A stretch of DNA of 64,000 nt from NCBI GenBank assembly GCA_048128005.1, contig JBEUKZ010000092.1:248001-312000 (forward strand), written 5' to 3'. A program made the position numbers and the translations under genes. This document shows, piece by piece, positions 12,296 through 24,899 of this stretch. The notes beneath the pieces are model-generated. The model saw only the letters and a list, made by a program, of their open reading frames with translations. It ran no database searches and was not told where the DNA came from. Numbering within the stretch: position 1 is the stretch's first letter; each line of letters starts with the position of its first letter. Source of the stretch: Veleropilina oligotropha (taxonomy: Eukaryota).

Positions 12296-14716
12296 TCTTT
12301 TTATGTCTTGACCTTTTTGTAAAAAAGGGCAAGACATTATCAAATGGTCCGTGTGTATATACGCTCAGATATTTAATAAATTCTTTACTACTGTGGCATC
12401 AGATCTGGTAATGAAACTTCCGTCTGTTACTGGTAAATTTGGTAGAGAATAGTGCAACAGTTTTATATATAGACAAAGGTGTATCTCATAATTCGTTCAT
12501 GTTTAATTTGGTGCACGAAGGTAATGTGTTAAATTTACTTAAAGGGTTAAATTCGTCCAAAGCTACTGGATTAGATAACATCCCGGCTCGATTCTTAAGG
12601 GATGCATCTGAAATTATTTCAGGTCCGCTCACTCATATGATAAATTTATCTATACGAACAGGTGTTGTGCCTGACGACCTATAATAAGCTCGTTATCCCT
12701 CTGTATAAGAAAAACATTAAAACTGATGCTGGTAATTATCGTCCTGTCTCAATTTTGAATGTAATATCTAAGATTTTTGAACGAGTTATACATGACCAGT
12801 TGTATGCGTATTTACATAACGCAAATATGTTATACATGTTTCAGTCAGGTTTTCGCAAATCTTATTCAACGGATACATGTTTAATGCATTTAACTGATTA
12901 TATCAAATTAGAGATGGATAAAGGTAACTTCGTTGGCATGGTGCTCTTAGATCTGCAGAAAGCTTTTGATACAGTAAATCACGATATATTACTTGGTAAA
13001 ATGAAATCTATGAGCCTATCAATATCGGCAGTAAAATGGTTTGGATCATATTTATCAAATCGAAAACAATTGGTTGATGTATCTGGTGTCAAGTCTAGTT
13101 TAGAGAACATATGTGGAGTGCCGCGAAGATCTATCCTCGGCCCATTGCTATTTTTGATGTATGTCAATGATATGGAAATTTCTGTTAAATGTAAGTTACT
13201 ATTATACGCTGATGATTCTGTATTATTGATACCTGGAACAACTTGTTAGAGCTCCAGAACCAACTTAGTGTGGAACTAACATCTGTTAGTGAATGGCTAG
13301 TTGAAAATAGACTATCTTTACATCTTGGGAAAACTGAATCTATATTGTTCGGACAAAAGCGAAAACTTAAAAACAATCCATCTCTAAATGTTTCTTGTAA
13401 TGGCTCCGAAATTAATAACTGTTCAACTGTTAAATATCTTGGTGCAGAATTGGATCAGTCCTTGGATGGAGAAGCAATGGCTAGAAAGGTTCTAAACAAG
13501 GTTTATGCCAGGTTAAAATTTCTGCATCGCAATTCTAAATTTCTCGATTTAAACACCAAAAAATTGTTGACATCCGCACTTGTCCAATGTCATTATGACT
13601 ATGCTTGCTCATTCTGGTATTCGAGTCTGACTAAACGGACTAAAGCTAACCTTCAAATTTCACAGAACAAAATGGTCAGATTTACTTTAAATTTACAACC
13701 GAGAACTCATTTATCTGCAGAGCATTTCAAAACCCTAGGATGGCTCCCTATTAAACAAAGAGTACAACAATTAAAGTTAAATCATGTTTACAGAATGTCG
13801 TATCTTTCGGATAATTTCCTTTGCACAGATAGACGTCATTCTCATAATACTCGTTAGAGTCAAAATTCATTTGCCATTCCTCATCATGGTACATATGGCA
13901 AATCATCGTTTTTCATAACTGCTGCTATTTTATATAATGATCTTCCTGTAAACCCAAAGAACTCATGTCGAACGTTACTATATTTTAAGAAAAGAGCAAA
14001 GTGTTTTATCTATAACTGTTTATGTTTACAGGAATCTAGTCATTTTACATGTTATTGATCAACGGTAAACTTGTTTATGTATATATATTTCCTGTGATAT
14101 TTTATATTTTGCATGTATCATTTCATATATATGTGAGGACCACAATGGAAATAAGTTGTTTTCAACTTTTCGTGTTATCCTCGGCATCTTTAACATGCAG
14201 TAATTTGTTTCTTCCGTATCCTTGTGTAGTTACTATGTATTGTTTATATGTACATTAATGTCTCTCATGTATTAAGCTGATATTGTGCCAAATAAATCAA
14301 ATCAAATCAAAAATATATATATATATTAATAAATATACATATATATATATATATATATCCGTCGATTTATTTGAAAACGACCGGCTCAATTTTCACCAAA
14401 ATTGGTACACACATTCCCAAGAGTATTTGTAGGTCGTGTATATAACTTTCGCGACACAATTTTGCAAAAATATGCATTTATTAGGCACTTTTATGCATAT
14501 TTGTATATAACGTATGTCTAATATTGCAAGCAAATAGCAATGACGTCATTACGACGTCGCTTTAGATTAATCGTCATTTGGTGATGTCACAATCGACGGG
14601 GTAGTAAATTAAGCCATGAAGTACTTGCACTTAGCCATTGTAATGTTATAACTGTTATAAAAATTTGACGGAAATAAAGAAAGATCAAGACATATTCTGA
14701 ACGCATCGTTCTTGTT
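12296..14716 (+). mobile_element. HINE-type non-autonomous Helentron interrupted by a LINE; second copy at 32340-34272 (minus)
   Basis: 5' TTTTATGTCTTGAC..GCAAGACA; 3' TCAAGACATATTCTGAACGCATCGTTCTTGTT (subterminal IR + hairpin + TTGTT). 14340-14715 is the reverse complement of ~32345-32710. Confidence 0.75.
12365..14311 (+). mobile_element. 5'-truncated CR1/L2(Crack)-like LINE, RT pseudogene
   Basis: NYRPVSIL, QSGFRKSYST, LDLQKAFDTVNH, GVPRRSILGPLLF and YADD across frameshifted ORFs 12439-13857. 3' AATAAATCAAATCAAATCAAA tail. Confidence 0.9.
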
Positions 14717-14767
14717 AATGTTGTCCTACGAACAAAAATGCATTTCGCAATTTCTGGTGTCTGGTAC

Positions 14768-15038
14768 CAGGCGTGGATCCAGGAATTTCATTTAGGGGGG
14801 GGGGCGCTGAATTTACTATCAACTGTTCACGTGGGGACGGGGCCCCACGCGCAAGAAAATTTTGACAATTAACGATGTGAAATCCCCCCTCCTGCATTAT
14901 TACATTGCAACAGCCTATTTATAATGTTCTGAAAATCATTTGTATCAGATTATACATATTATTTTAGTATGATTGGCCAACTTTAGGGGGGGGGGGCGCG
15001 CACCGGGTGCGCCCCCCCCCCCCCTGGATCCGCGCCTG
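14768..15038. mobile_element. hAT-like MITE with 5-bp TSD
   Basis: TIRs CAGGCGTGGATCCAGG / CCTGGATCCGCGCCTG; exact flanking duplication GGTAC (14763-14767 and 15039-15043). Confidence 0.8.
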
Positions 15039-15081
15039 GGTACAAAGCACATTTATAATGGATCTTACTTGTAATTCTTGC

Positions 15082-15320
15082 AGGTCGCTCTGGTAGCCTT
15101 ATGGTCTCGAGAGCCGACTCTTAAATCACTGCATTAACTTATCTGACTAACATGAGTGCCTTTTAATATTCGTTGGGGTAATGACATTATTTGCTCAGAT
15201 ATCAATCACAGTTGTCCGTAACTGGCCGAAGAGGGTCCGTTTCCTGGAGCTTTCCTATTGTGATAATATGGAAATATACTGCCTGAACCTGAAGGTTGTA
15301 AATATATGACATTAACCATC
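15082..15320 (+). mobile_element. SINE (family also at 26145-26390 minus and, more diverged, 31252-31450)
   Basis: Shared core AATCACAGTTGTCCG(T/G)ACTGGCCGAAGAGGG and 3' GTTGTAAATATA..GACATTAA. Confidence 0.6.
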
Positions 15321-16471
15321 GATCCAATCCAATACACGTACTTAAAATTCTTGCCAGATTTACAATTATGAAAACAAAAGAAACCAATATTTTAAAACAC
15401 CATTTATTCAATGGATATCTTTTAATAAAAATGATTAAATGATAAACAAGACAACCAAAATATATCATCATATTGCTGAGGGTTTATTGATTTTTGCAAG
15501 TTAATAGTCGACCAATTGCAATCCAAAATTTTCAATTCCCTACAATTTTGTGCACTTCTTAACAACTCGTATCCACCAGCTTTACAAAGCTGCGGGAATC
15601 CAAGAGTATCTCCAGTTTCGATGTTCACTTCCTCAGACACTATTTTCTCATAGACAGCTTGTTGATTATCTTCTCTATTAATCCGAATTTTTTTCTTCCC
15701 TAATCCAGCCTTATTAAGAACATCCTTTTCATTAGAAGTTGGTACCATTTTCTGGTCCTTTGATGCAAGACATAAAGAAATAAAAGTACAACCTCTAGCC
15801 GATTGAGAATGACGAGTTCTACACGTTTGTCTACTGGTCCTTGATCTGTGTTGGCTCCTCGAGCGAAACAGTTGTGTACGCTCAGTCAAGATTTGTCTTG
15901 CCAATGTGTTCGAGCTGGTTTCATCAGGAGCATGTTTGTCTTTTACTGCTTTCCTAAATAGGTACCTACAAGATAGAAAATCTCTAGTTTTGCATTGAAT
16001 ACAAACTACTAAGTACTGTGACATAAACATTAAAGAAACAATAATCGATAATATTATTAGAATAATACAAAATATCCAGGTCCAGCATATGCACATCGAT
16101 ACCAAAATACCACATTAAAACGTAAAATTTGTATGAAAATCGTATATATTATTATACTATAATATTATACATTTTTCATATCTTATATAAATGCACCGTG
16201 GACAGGACTAATATGCTATTAAATTTCAGCAGAATCAGCATGTTGCAGTGAGCATTTATACAGACCCAGGGTCTCAATGCTTGTATTGCTGGTCATAAAA
16301 CAAATTCTATATCAATGCCAGGCTAGCAGCTAACATCAATATATCCAGCAACAAAGCATAAATGTGCAAAACAGTGCAATAAGCATTGTATTTAAGCACT
16401 CTTTGAAAAACTTTAACAGAAATATTTTAACTAAATTTGTATGTCCCAAAACACTAATTTCATACATTATT

Positions 16472-17266
16472 TAAACAAGAGCTCGTTAGTAAACGGATTC
16501 ACCCCCGCCTTCCGCAATCACTCTGCTATATATGTCCAAACACATCACGTTTCTTCAATATGTATACAAAATAATATTCAATATCATTGCTAGAGTAAAA
16601 GGTGGTATCAATATAAGCATCAACAAGGAATATGTATGCAATAATGGCACAGAATGAAAATTCACTCAACTTTACCAACAATTTCTATGTCCGCAAACAC
16701 TAATTTCACATGATATTTATATTATAAATCACTTGCAGATGAGAGAGCAGGATCAAAGTAGTCAACACTAAAGTATATGGATGTAAAACAGTGCCGTAGA
16801 ACAACCCATATGCCCAGTGAAAAATGTAAACAGAAACTTGATCCAAAATTTCGATGTCCACAAACGCCTATTTTTATGCAATAATTATACTAAATTTAAT
16901 TCAGCATCACTTCCATAGTATCAGTTGACATTCATATTATCAATACCAAAGCATATATACACCAATATGTCAACCCATATACACTCAATGAAAAACTTTA
17001 ACCAGAAAAGTTTAACCAAAATTTCTACGTTCAAAACACCTACATTTATGCAATAATTATATTAAATTTTATTTAATCTCACTTCCAGAGTACCAGTTGT
17101 CATCCATATAACGCATACAAAAGCATATATATGCCAAAAAGTATCATGGGCAAGCTACACACACTCAATTCGAAACTTTAACCAAATTGTGTACGGACGG
17201 ACGGACGCCCAGCCGGACATGGCAACAACAATATCCCCCGCTACCCTTCGGGCAGGGGATAATAAA
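16472..17266 (-). mobile_element. HINE-type element with degenerate internal tandem units
   Basis: AACAAGAG...ACCCCCGC end, repeated AAACTTTAACC...ATTTC(T)ATGTCC units, (GGAC)n microsatellite, then ATCCCCCGC..GCAGGGGATAATAAA. A similar partial element follows to ~17603. Confidence 0.6.
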
Positions 17267-17739
17267 ATTACAATGTAAATTATTGCCAGAGTATCAGGTC
17301 ACATCCATATAACCATTACTAAAGCTTGTATATGCCGAAATGTTCCTTGAGCAATCGATATACACTCAAAGAAAAACTTTAACCGAAAATGTCTATACAT
17401 GTTCAAAGTGCTTTTTTTTCACAAAATAAATAAAAAATCTATTCGTTTTTAGTTCCAACTAAAGGCTAAACAATAAAACATGTCTACTTTCCACCTAAAT
17501 AGGTTTCATTGAACCAAAAGTGTGACCGGAAGGACGGAGGCTATCCCTATATCCCCCTTCGGCTTTTTCCTTCGGAAGCCGGGGGGGGGGGGGGGGATAA
17601 AAAAGATTAATTAATGTTAAACGATGCATAATACGCCAACCAGCTTGGATGACATTCATTTATCTCATAAATATGAATATAAACAACAATTCGAAAAAAT
17701 AGTAATTTTTTTAGTTCTTTCCATTTAAACCACAATTAA

Positions 17740-18779
17740 AGTTTCATTGCCCGCATAATTATCGCATAATGCCATACAAGATTATGCCTTACTCTACATA
17801 TATCAATATATGTAGATGTTATAAAAAGTTTTGATGATTGGAATTTGAAAGTACGGTACTACATTGTTTGCTGATTTAAAATAAAAAAATCGCCACTGAA
17901 ATCGCTGCCCGGCAGTAAAATATTAACATTCAATGGCAGCCATTTTGGTGGAAACCCGGTTATTTCGTCTTTCATCGAAAAACGCAGAAGTTTCGTTAAA
18001 TATGATCGAATAAATGGACTCAATAAATATTTTATATAAATCACATGCGATATGTGACATTAAGGTAAAATACTAAATTATTAATAATTTTGCAGCTCAA
18101 CTTTCCACAATTCCAAAATATTACCTTCGACGACAGTGCCCAACTTGAAGAAATTTCTTTCCGTGACATGTCAGTTACCGGTTAAATTATTTTTCACTTT
18201 TAATTCATAGGCACCTTCCAGCCGTAGATCCAGGGACTCAGTATTTATATATTTTGGGGGGAAAATTTCAAAGGTTCTAACTTCGGCTAACTGACAAAAA
18301 TACATTTGCGGTTTATCGTCTAGGGTTTAAAGAGACTATTGCCCATAAATGCGCTCTTCCTTTTTACAACGAAAACTAACAGCATTACACCTTTTGTTTA
18401 TAACATAAAAAGTTAGGAATTTTCAACACTCAACTTTCGTCAGTAAATCGCCGCTGAATATTTAAAAATAATAAAACGATGTTCGCGTTTAATTACCTCG
18501 CACCGAGTTCATTTCCAATTGACCTAGTTGGAGCACAGTTGCGTTGGTTTATGCTCGTCAAGTAAGATAGCTTTTTACTTGACAATAACATATATTGCCC
18601 AGTTACAATAATAATTTCATTAAATGCCTATCGTTTGATCATATATCGATCATATCCCCGCGAAATTTGTATCAATCTGCGTGAACCGGGCGATAGATGG
18701 TGTCAGGACAACTCGTGTATTTACGGGCAATAATCTTTAAAATTAAAATTGTTTTTCGCTACTTACGGGCAATGGAACT
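17740..18779. mobile_element. Kolobok-like MITE (outer)
   Basis: TTAA|AGTTTCATTGCCCG ... CGGGCAATGGAACT|TTAA. Confidence 0.65.
18331..18736. mobile_element. Kolobok-like MITE (inner); second copy at 34646-35091 in opposite orientation
   Basis: TTAA|AGAGACTATTGCCCATAAAT ... ATTTACGGGCAATAATCT|TTAA. The body is the reverse complement of 34646-35091. Confidence 0.75.
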
Positions 18780-19494
18780 TTAATTAAGTTGCCTCCGAAT
18801 CCCCAAAATACAATTATAACAATAGGCCTACATATTAAAATTATATACACATTGTTGACACAAAAAATGACCGGGGCAGGGCCATATAATACGATTGGTT
18901 TCTAATTTAAATATGCAAAGCTACATTTCCCAGACGCATATATAAAGTTCTGGAACTGTCAGCAGTATAACCCGCCTAAATCACATTTGAATCATACCTG
19001 TTTCCTATGGTGTCAAGTCCGAGCCTGGAAAGCTCCGAGTCCGACAGCGACTCCACCATGGTCGAGTCGATGTTTGCCTCCGCAAATCGGTCGATGAGAC
19101 TTGGCATTCCTATACCAAGCAAAATTTGCGCTATTCCATAGAGTTCTTGGGACACCATTTTTTAAAGAAAGCACGAGGAACGTGCACAATACAATTCGTC
19201 AGTGCATTTTCGCCCCAATGTAAGAATAATCTTCCAAGTTTCATAATCTAAACCGACATTCATCAGACCGAATCATAATCAACTAGAGCATACGTATCAC
19301 CAATTTAATTTTATGAATATATAATATTAACTATTTTACGATTATTTATTATTGGCACCTACTGTATCGATCGAACATTATATTGAAATATGTTCAGGTT
19401 GTTTATTTTGACAGGGCACGCTTTGTCCTGGGTACGAGTTTACCTTAATCCATGTTGACAACGTTACAAACTCTGCTATAGAGTTTCAACCACA

Positions 19495-20050
19495 CGTTAT
19501 GGCAAACGCACAACATATTATGTACTCTCACCACATATTATGGCATGCGAACAACATGTTATGGAATAACCACCGCATATTATGGTATGCGAACAACATG
19601 CTATGGTATAACTACCACATATTATGGCATGCGAACAACATGTTATGGAATACCCACCACTTATTATGACATGCGAACAACATGTTATGGAATAACCACC
19701 ACATATTATGGCATGCAAACAACATACTATGGCATGCTAACAACATGTTATGGTATAACCACCACATATTATGTCATGCTAACAACATGTTATGGTAAAA
19801 CCACCACATATTATGGCATGCTAACAACATGTTATGGTAAAACCACCACATATTTATGTCATGCTAACAACATGTTATGGTAAAGCCACCACATATTATG
19901 GCATGCTAACAACATGTTATGGTATAACCACCACATATTATGGCATTCGAACAGCATTTAATGGTGTAACCACCACATGTTATGGTATGCGAACAACATA
20001 TTATGGTAAAACCACCACATATTATAGGATGCGAACAACATGTTATGGCA
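19495..20050. repeat. Right subterminal 21-bp tandem array of the IS3EU element
   Basis: Reverse complement of the 9886-10680 array. Confidence 0.9.
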
Positions 20051-20413
20051 AGTTAACCACATGGTATATCAACAGTCATCATAAGGCAGTTATGGCGTTC
20101 CATAAGTTCGTTCTTCCTCAAAAATAAGTATGGCTATATAACGAAAACAGTATTTAATTGATAATTAACCCATTTATATAATAAATAGAGCATTCTATGT
20201 TATGTCAGAAATATTGAATATATTTTGTCTCGTGAACTATATCCTAGCCGATTCACTCAAGGCCTCTGGCCTTTCGTGAATCTGCTAGGATATATTTCAC
20301 TCGACAAAATATATTTAATGTTTCTAACATACCATCAACTACCTTCTATTTATTTAATGAATAACAACACCATTTATGTAATACAAAATGTACAACACTA
20401 CAACATATTTAAA

Positions 20414-22266
20414 AATAGACAGCCGCCCGGCTATCAGGAACCCCAGCTTTATATAGCAATCAGACTGCCATATAAAATCTGTGATCTTGACCTTGCCAGT
20501 AGCCCTTGGCTAAACACTGTGCTGACTGTCCATCATGAAGAAGTTCGGATGAAAAAATAATTTGAAAGAAAGAAAAAATTGTATATTTAGACCTCTGTGA
20601 CCTTGACCTTTGACCAAAGGCCATTACCGGCCCGGACAAAATTTAAGGGTCAAAGGTCATTGCCGCAATGTCAAAGGTCATTCACATGAAATTTCGCCAC
20701 CATGGCCTAGCATATGATAGGGTAGTTAGCATACCATATGAAATCAAGGTAACATGTTTGGTAGCCGAGATATAGACCGGACAACATTGCAAATTGCGAA
20801 TATATTTTGACCTCTGTTACCTTGACCTTTGACGAAAGGCCATTATTCGTATTTGTTATATGATGTACTAACCCTAAAGGAATAGTTTGGCCCCGAAAAA
20901 TAAAAAAATTACGAAAAATTAAAAAAATCTAAATATAGAAAATTTGTGAAGGTCACTATGCAGAGGTCAAAGGTCAAATGATCAAAATTTTACTTCCATG
21001 CACAGGTTTGAAGTATAGGCAACACATATAAGAAAAAATGAGAAGGCTAACATGTTTGGTCTCCGAGAACCGGCCCGGACAAAATATAAGGGTCAACGGT
21101 CATTGTCGCAAGGTCAAAGGTCATTCACGTGAAATTTCGCCACCATGCACTAGCGTATGACAAGGGTAGTTAGCATACCACATGAAATCAAGGTAACATG
21201 TTTGGTAGCCGAGATATAGGCCGGACAACATTGAAAATTGTGAGTATATTTTGACCTCTGTTACCTTGACCTTTGACCAAAGGCCATTTTTCGTATTTGT
21301 TATATGATGTACTAACCCTAAAGGAATAGTTTGGCCCCGAAAAATTTTAAAAATACGAAAAATTAAAAAAATCTAAATATAGAAAATTTGTGAAGGTCAC
21401 TACGCAGAGGTCAAAGGTCAAATGATCAAAATTTTACTGCCATGCACAGGTTGTAAGTATAGGCAACACATCTAAAAAAAATTAGAAGGCTAACATGTTT
21501 GGTCTCCGAGAACCGGCCCGGACAAAATTTAAGGGTCCAAGGTCATTGCCGCAAGGTCAAAGGTTATTCACGTGAAATTTCGCCACCATGCACTAGCGTA
21601 TGACAAGGGTAGTTAGCATACCACATGAAATCACGGTAACATGTTTGGTAGCCGAGATATAGGCCGGACAACATTGAAAATTGTGAGTATATTTTGACCT
21701 CTGTGACCTTGACCTTTGACCAAAGGCCATTTTTCGTATTTGTTATATGATGTACTAACCCTAAAGGAATAGTTTGGCCAGGAAAAATTTAAAAAATACG
21801 AAAAATAAAAAAAATCTAAATATAGAAAATTTGTGAAGGTCACTACGCAGAGGTCAAAGGTCAAATGATCAAAATTTTACTGCCATGCACAGGTTTTAAG
21901 TATAGGCAACACAACTAGAAAAAAATTAGAAGGCTAACATGTTTGGTCTCCGAGAACCGGCCCGGACAAAATTTAAGGGTCCAAGGTCATTGCCGCAAGG
22001 TCAAAGGTCATTCACGTGACATTTCGCCACCATGCACTAGCGTATGATAAGGGTAGTTAGCATACCATATGAAATCAAGGTAACATGTTTGGTAGCCGAG
22101 ATATAGGCCGGACAACATGAGCCGCCCGTCCGCCCGCCCGTCCGCCCGCCCGTCCGCCCGCCCGTCCGCCCGCCCGACCGCCCGCCCGACCGCCCGCCTG
22201 CCCGACCGCCCGCCCGCCTCGGGCGATGACAATAACCCCAGCTTTTTTTTAAGCTGGGGTTAAAAA
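20414..22266 (-). mobile_element. HINE-type element containing ~3.5 tandem ~443-bp units
   Basis: End palindrome TAACCCCAGC..GCTGGGGTTA (~22233-22262), (CCGC/CCGT)n microsatellite 22121-22218. Unit marker GACCTCTG at 20809, 21253 and 21696. Other end GACAGCCGCCCGGCTATC hairpin + AACCCCAGC. Confidence 0.8.
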
Positions 22267-22657
22267 AGGAATGCAACACATGAACACAATACCATCGACA
22301 TACGTCATAAATCACATTAAATAAAAGAGCATTGTTGAAACTATTGAACACTGGTTAAACATTAAAGGCGATCCTCTTTTCCCCTGGAACAAATAGTCGA
22401 ATTTCGTTTTCTACCACGATTTCTAATTTTGCCCACCACGCACTTAGTATATTACAAGAATAAAAAATCATATATTAAAAAAATCATCAATCATTAAATA
22501 AATATCCAACTGCAGAGGAGTCGTTTAATATGGATATCCCTCCACTGGTTAATAATTGGATTGTTACTATAAATATGCAATAAACACCTATAGTTGCCGG
22601 GAAAGACATTCAAAATATATAATATACATATTCCAAAATAATTATAACATATTATGT

Positions 22658-24672
22658 TTTATTACTCGGGTGTTGAAGAAATCGCTATCTCATAAAAATC
22701 TCGTATCTTACGGGTGTTGGATAAACAAATGACCTCCAACCCTCAATTTTGATTGGACAATAGCAATCTGCTGATGTAAGGTCACGGGACTACTTGTTTC
22801 ATTGATAAATGTTACAACTTTTACTATCAAGCAAATGTCTCACGACTGCCGTCGGAACGACATCTTATAAAGCAACGAAAGTATAATTAAAATAACTACA
22901 AACATTGGTAAAATAAATAAAAGTAAGCATACAATAAAATAGTATTTACAAATAATAATTATGACAAAATATAAAATAAATTTTGATGCGTCGTCTGCTT
23001 AGAGTCAAGATGGAGACATCTATATCAATTATCTGTGTTAATGATTGCGTGAAAATTGACGGGAAAGTGCGTGGACGAGTTATGTCAGTAGTTCAACCAG
23101 TCAATAACGCCACCCCCAACCTCTGGATCGATCATCGATCTACCAGCCTAAGTTTACGATGACGTTTCGTGACGATTTTTTTGACGAAACTAATACAAAA
23201 TCTGCAACTACCACAACTTATGATTACGAGTACAACCGTTCGAACATTAACAGGTTTATTCAAGAAAACAGAAATAAAAATACATTGCGAAAGGCACAGT
23301 AAGATTCTAATATTTTGGCCAAATTCATGATACTAAAAGGCGACAATAGACCAGTAGCAACTATATCGCCAAATGAACTGTGCGACATCCTATGTAATTA
23401 CTTCATGTCAATAAAGAAAGCAAATGGTCAAGAATATGAACCCTCATCACTAACATCAAAGATATCAAGTTTTGATCGGTTTTTAAAACACAGAGGGTAC
23501 GAAAAGTCATTACTGCGGGACAGAGTTTTCACAGCTTCGGGATGTTTTGTCATCAAAACAAAAAGCACTTAAAAGTCAAGGGTTCGGAAACTTACCAAAT
23601 AGGGCTGAAAGTTTATCCTGTGACGAAATCCAGAAATTGTATAACGGCAATGAACTGGGTTGCAACAACCCCGAATCCATCATAAATACTCTGTGGTGGA
23701 ATAACACCCGTCACTTTGGCCTTCGAAGTGTTAAACCACACCATATGATGAAATGGGGCGATGTTTCGTTAAAGGTAGACAGCGACGGGAGAGAATTCCT
23801 CGAATATAACGAGCGCCAAACGAAAACACGCACAGGTGGTGATACCAGGAATGTCCGTGATGTTCCTCCTCGTGCTTGGGAAACGGGCGACGAACGATGT
23901 CCGGTATCCATTTATAAGCTGTATGCCACATTAAGGCCGGTAGATTTTCGTTCTGCCGAAACACCGTTTTATCTGGCAACAAATTCGAAAGTCACGCCTG
24001 CTCAAAACCACAGCCTGGGCATGTAACGCTCCTTATCGTTCGTCTGTTACCGTTTGACGATTAGCGCAGTTCACTGTTACTATATAATATCGATAAATGT
24101 CTCGACAACTTCCAATTCACAGTCCAGCTCCATAAATTTAACAGCGACTACAAATTCACAATCTATATTTTCAACATCAACGGAGCATCGAGCCCAGACA
24201 AAACAATGATCAGTGACGATAGGAACACGTGATGTAATATGGAAATTTGACGCTATTTTGAAATCTCTGTATATAAATATAAATAATAATAGCCATTTAC
24301 AAATATTTAATTAAATATCTTATTGATTGTTACAAGACGTTTTGTTATTATTAATTTTAACGTTGTTAGGCTATAAGAACGACCTATATTAATGCGCAAG
24401 GATTTTATCACATCTGTGAAGAGGCAATTCGTGCGCAATTGTTGTTGGCGAAAATGTTCGGATTTATATGCAGAAATACGATAATAAAACAAGTATTTCA
24501 ACATAAATATCGTGAGTAATAAATAAAATACTACACTGGTTGTCGATAGATACCATTTTTACGTGACTCGTATATGTCTGACGGTATCTAAACTCGCTTT
24601 CGCTCGTTTAGATACCGTCAGACATATACTGTTCACGTAAAAATGGTATCTATCGACAACCAGTGTAGTATT
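22658..24672 (+). mobile_element. Crypton(A)-type element with tyrosine-recombinase remnant and terminal hairpin
   Basis: TTTATTACTC (22658-22667) / GAGTAATAAA (24514-24523), then a 146-bp hairpin (24527-24672). Internal DUF3504-like ORFs. Confidence 0.75.
23240..24026 (+). pseudogene. DUF3504-type (ZMYM/QRICH1/KCTD1-related) Crypton tyrosine recombinase, truncated and frameshifted
   Basis: NKNTLRK, YFMSIKKANGQEYEPSSL...DRFLK, K.LKSQGFGN.PN.A, HFGLRS..H..MKWGDV, EYNERQTKTRTG, CPV.IY.LY..RP....PFYLA. The C-terminal H-x-x-R/Y catalytic part is missing. Confidence 0.85.
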
Positions 24673-24899
24673 CTATATATATCTAATTGTCTACAAAGTC
24701 ATAATCAAGATTTAGTAAATAATAAACTACCCATAATACATGTACATGTATTATATATGTAATATTTACACCATAAGTTATATTAAATGCCATAGTTGAA
24801 ACATCATAATAAATAATAATCTTATAGAAAAACAAAAGTATGACGTACCTGAAATAAATATCAAAGTCGCTTCTGAAATATTGTGTAAGCAACAAAATA

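Larger units (their letters stand above)
15478..19158 (-). pseudogene. IS3EU accessory gene, spliced (exon 19158-18998, exon 15965-~15478), N-terminal SAM-like domain, 3' part lost
   Basis: Donor AG|GTATGA at 18998/18997 and acceptor TTTTCTATCTTGTAG| at 15966/15965 are both phase 2. The join reads ...LSDSELSRLGLDTIGNR-YLFRKAV, completing a SAM helix 5. Exon 2 has CLA..VPT..L.KAGLGKKKI..FPQL..GGYELLR. Confidence 0.75.
9830..20104 (+). mobile_element. IS3EU-type DNA transposon (10.3 kb including nested insertions)
   Basis: Termini TATGGAACGCCATAACTGCCTTATGA...TCATAAGGCAGTTATGGCGTTCCATA. Flanks CGTTCG (9824-9829) and AGTTCG (20105-20110) form a 5/6 match to a 6-bp TSD. Inverted 21-bp subterminal arrays, an integrase-type DDE gene and a convergent second gene. 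Confidence 0.85.
9588..20351 (+). mobile_element. Non-autonomous hairpin-tailed (Crypton-like) element split by the IS3EU insertion
   Basis: 5' TTATTATATGAATGG (9588-9602) pairs with CCATTTATATAATAA (20170-20184), which is followed directly by a ~170-bp imperfect hairpin (20183-20351). Confidence 0.6.

Noticed and set aside
23315..24026. Host ZMYM/QRICH1/KCTD1 gene exon
   Set aside because: Frameshifted, with stops, intronless, and enclosed by element-type ends; better explained as a Crypton remnant.
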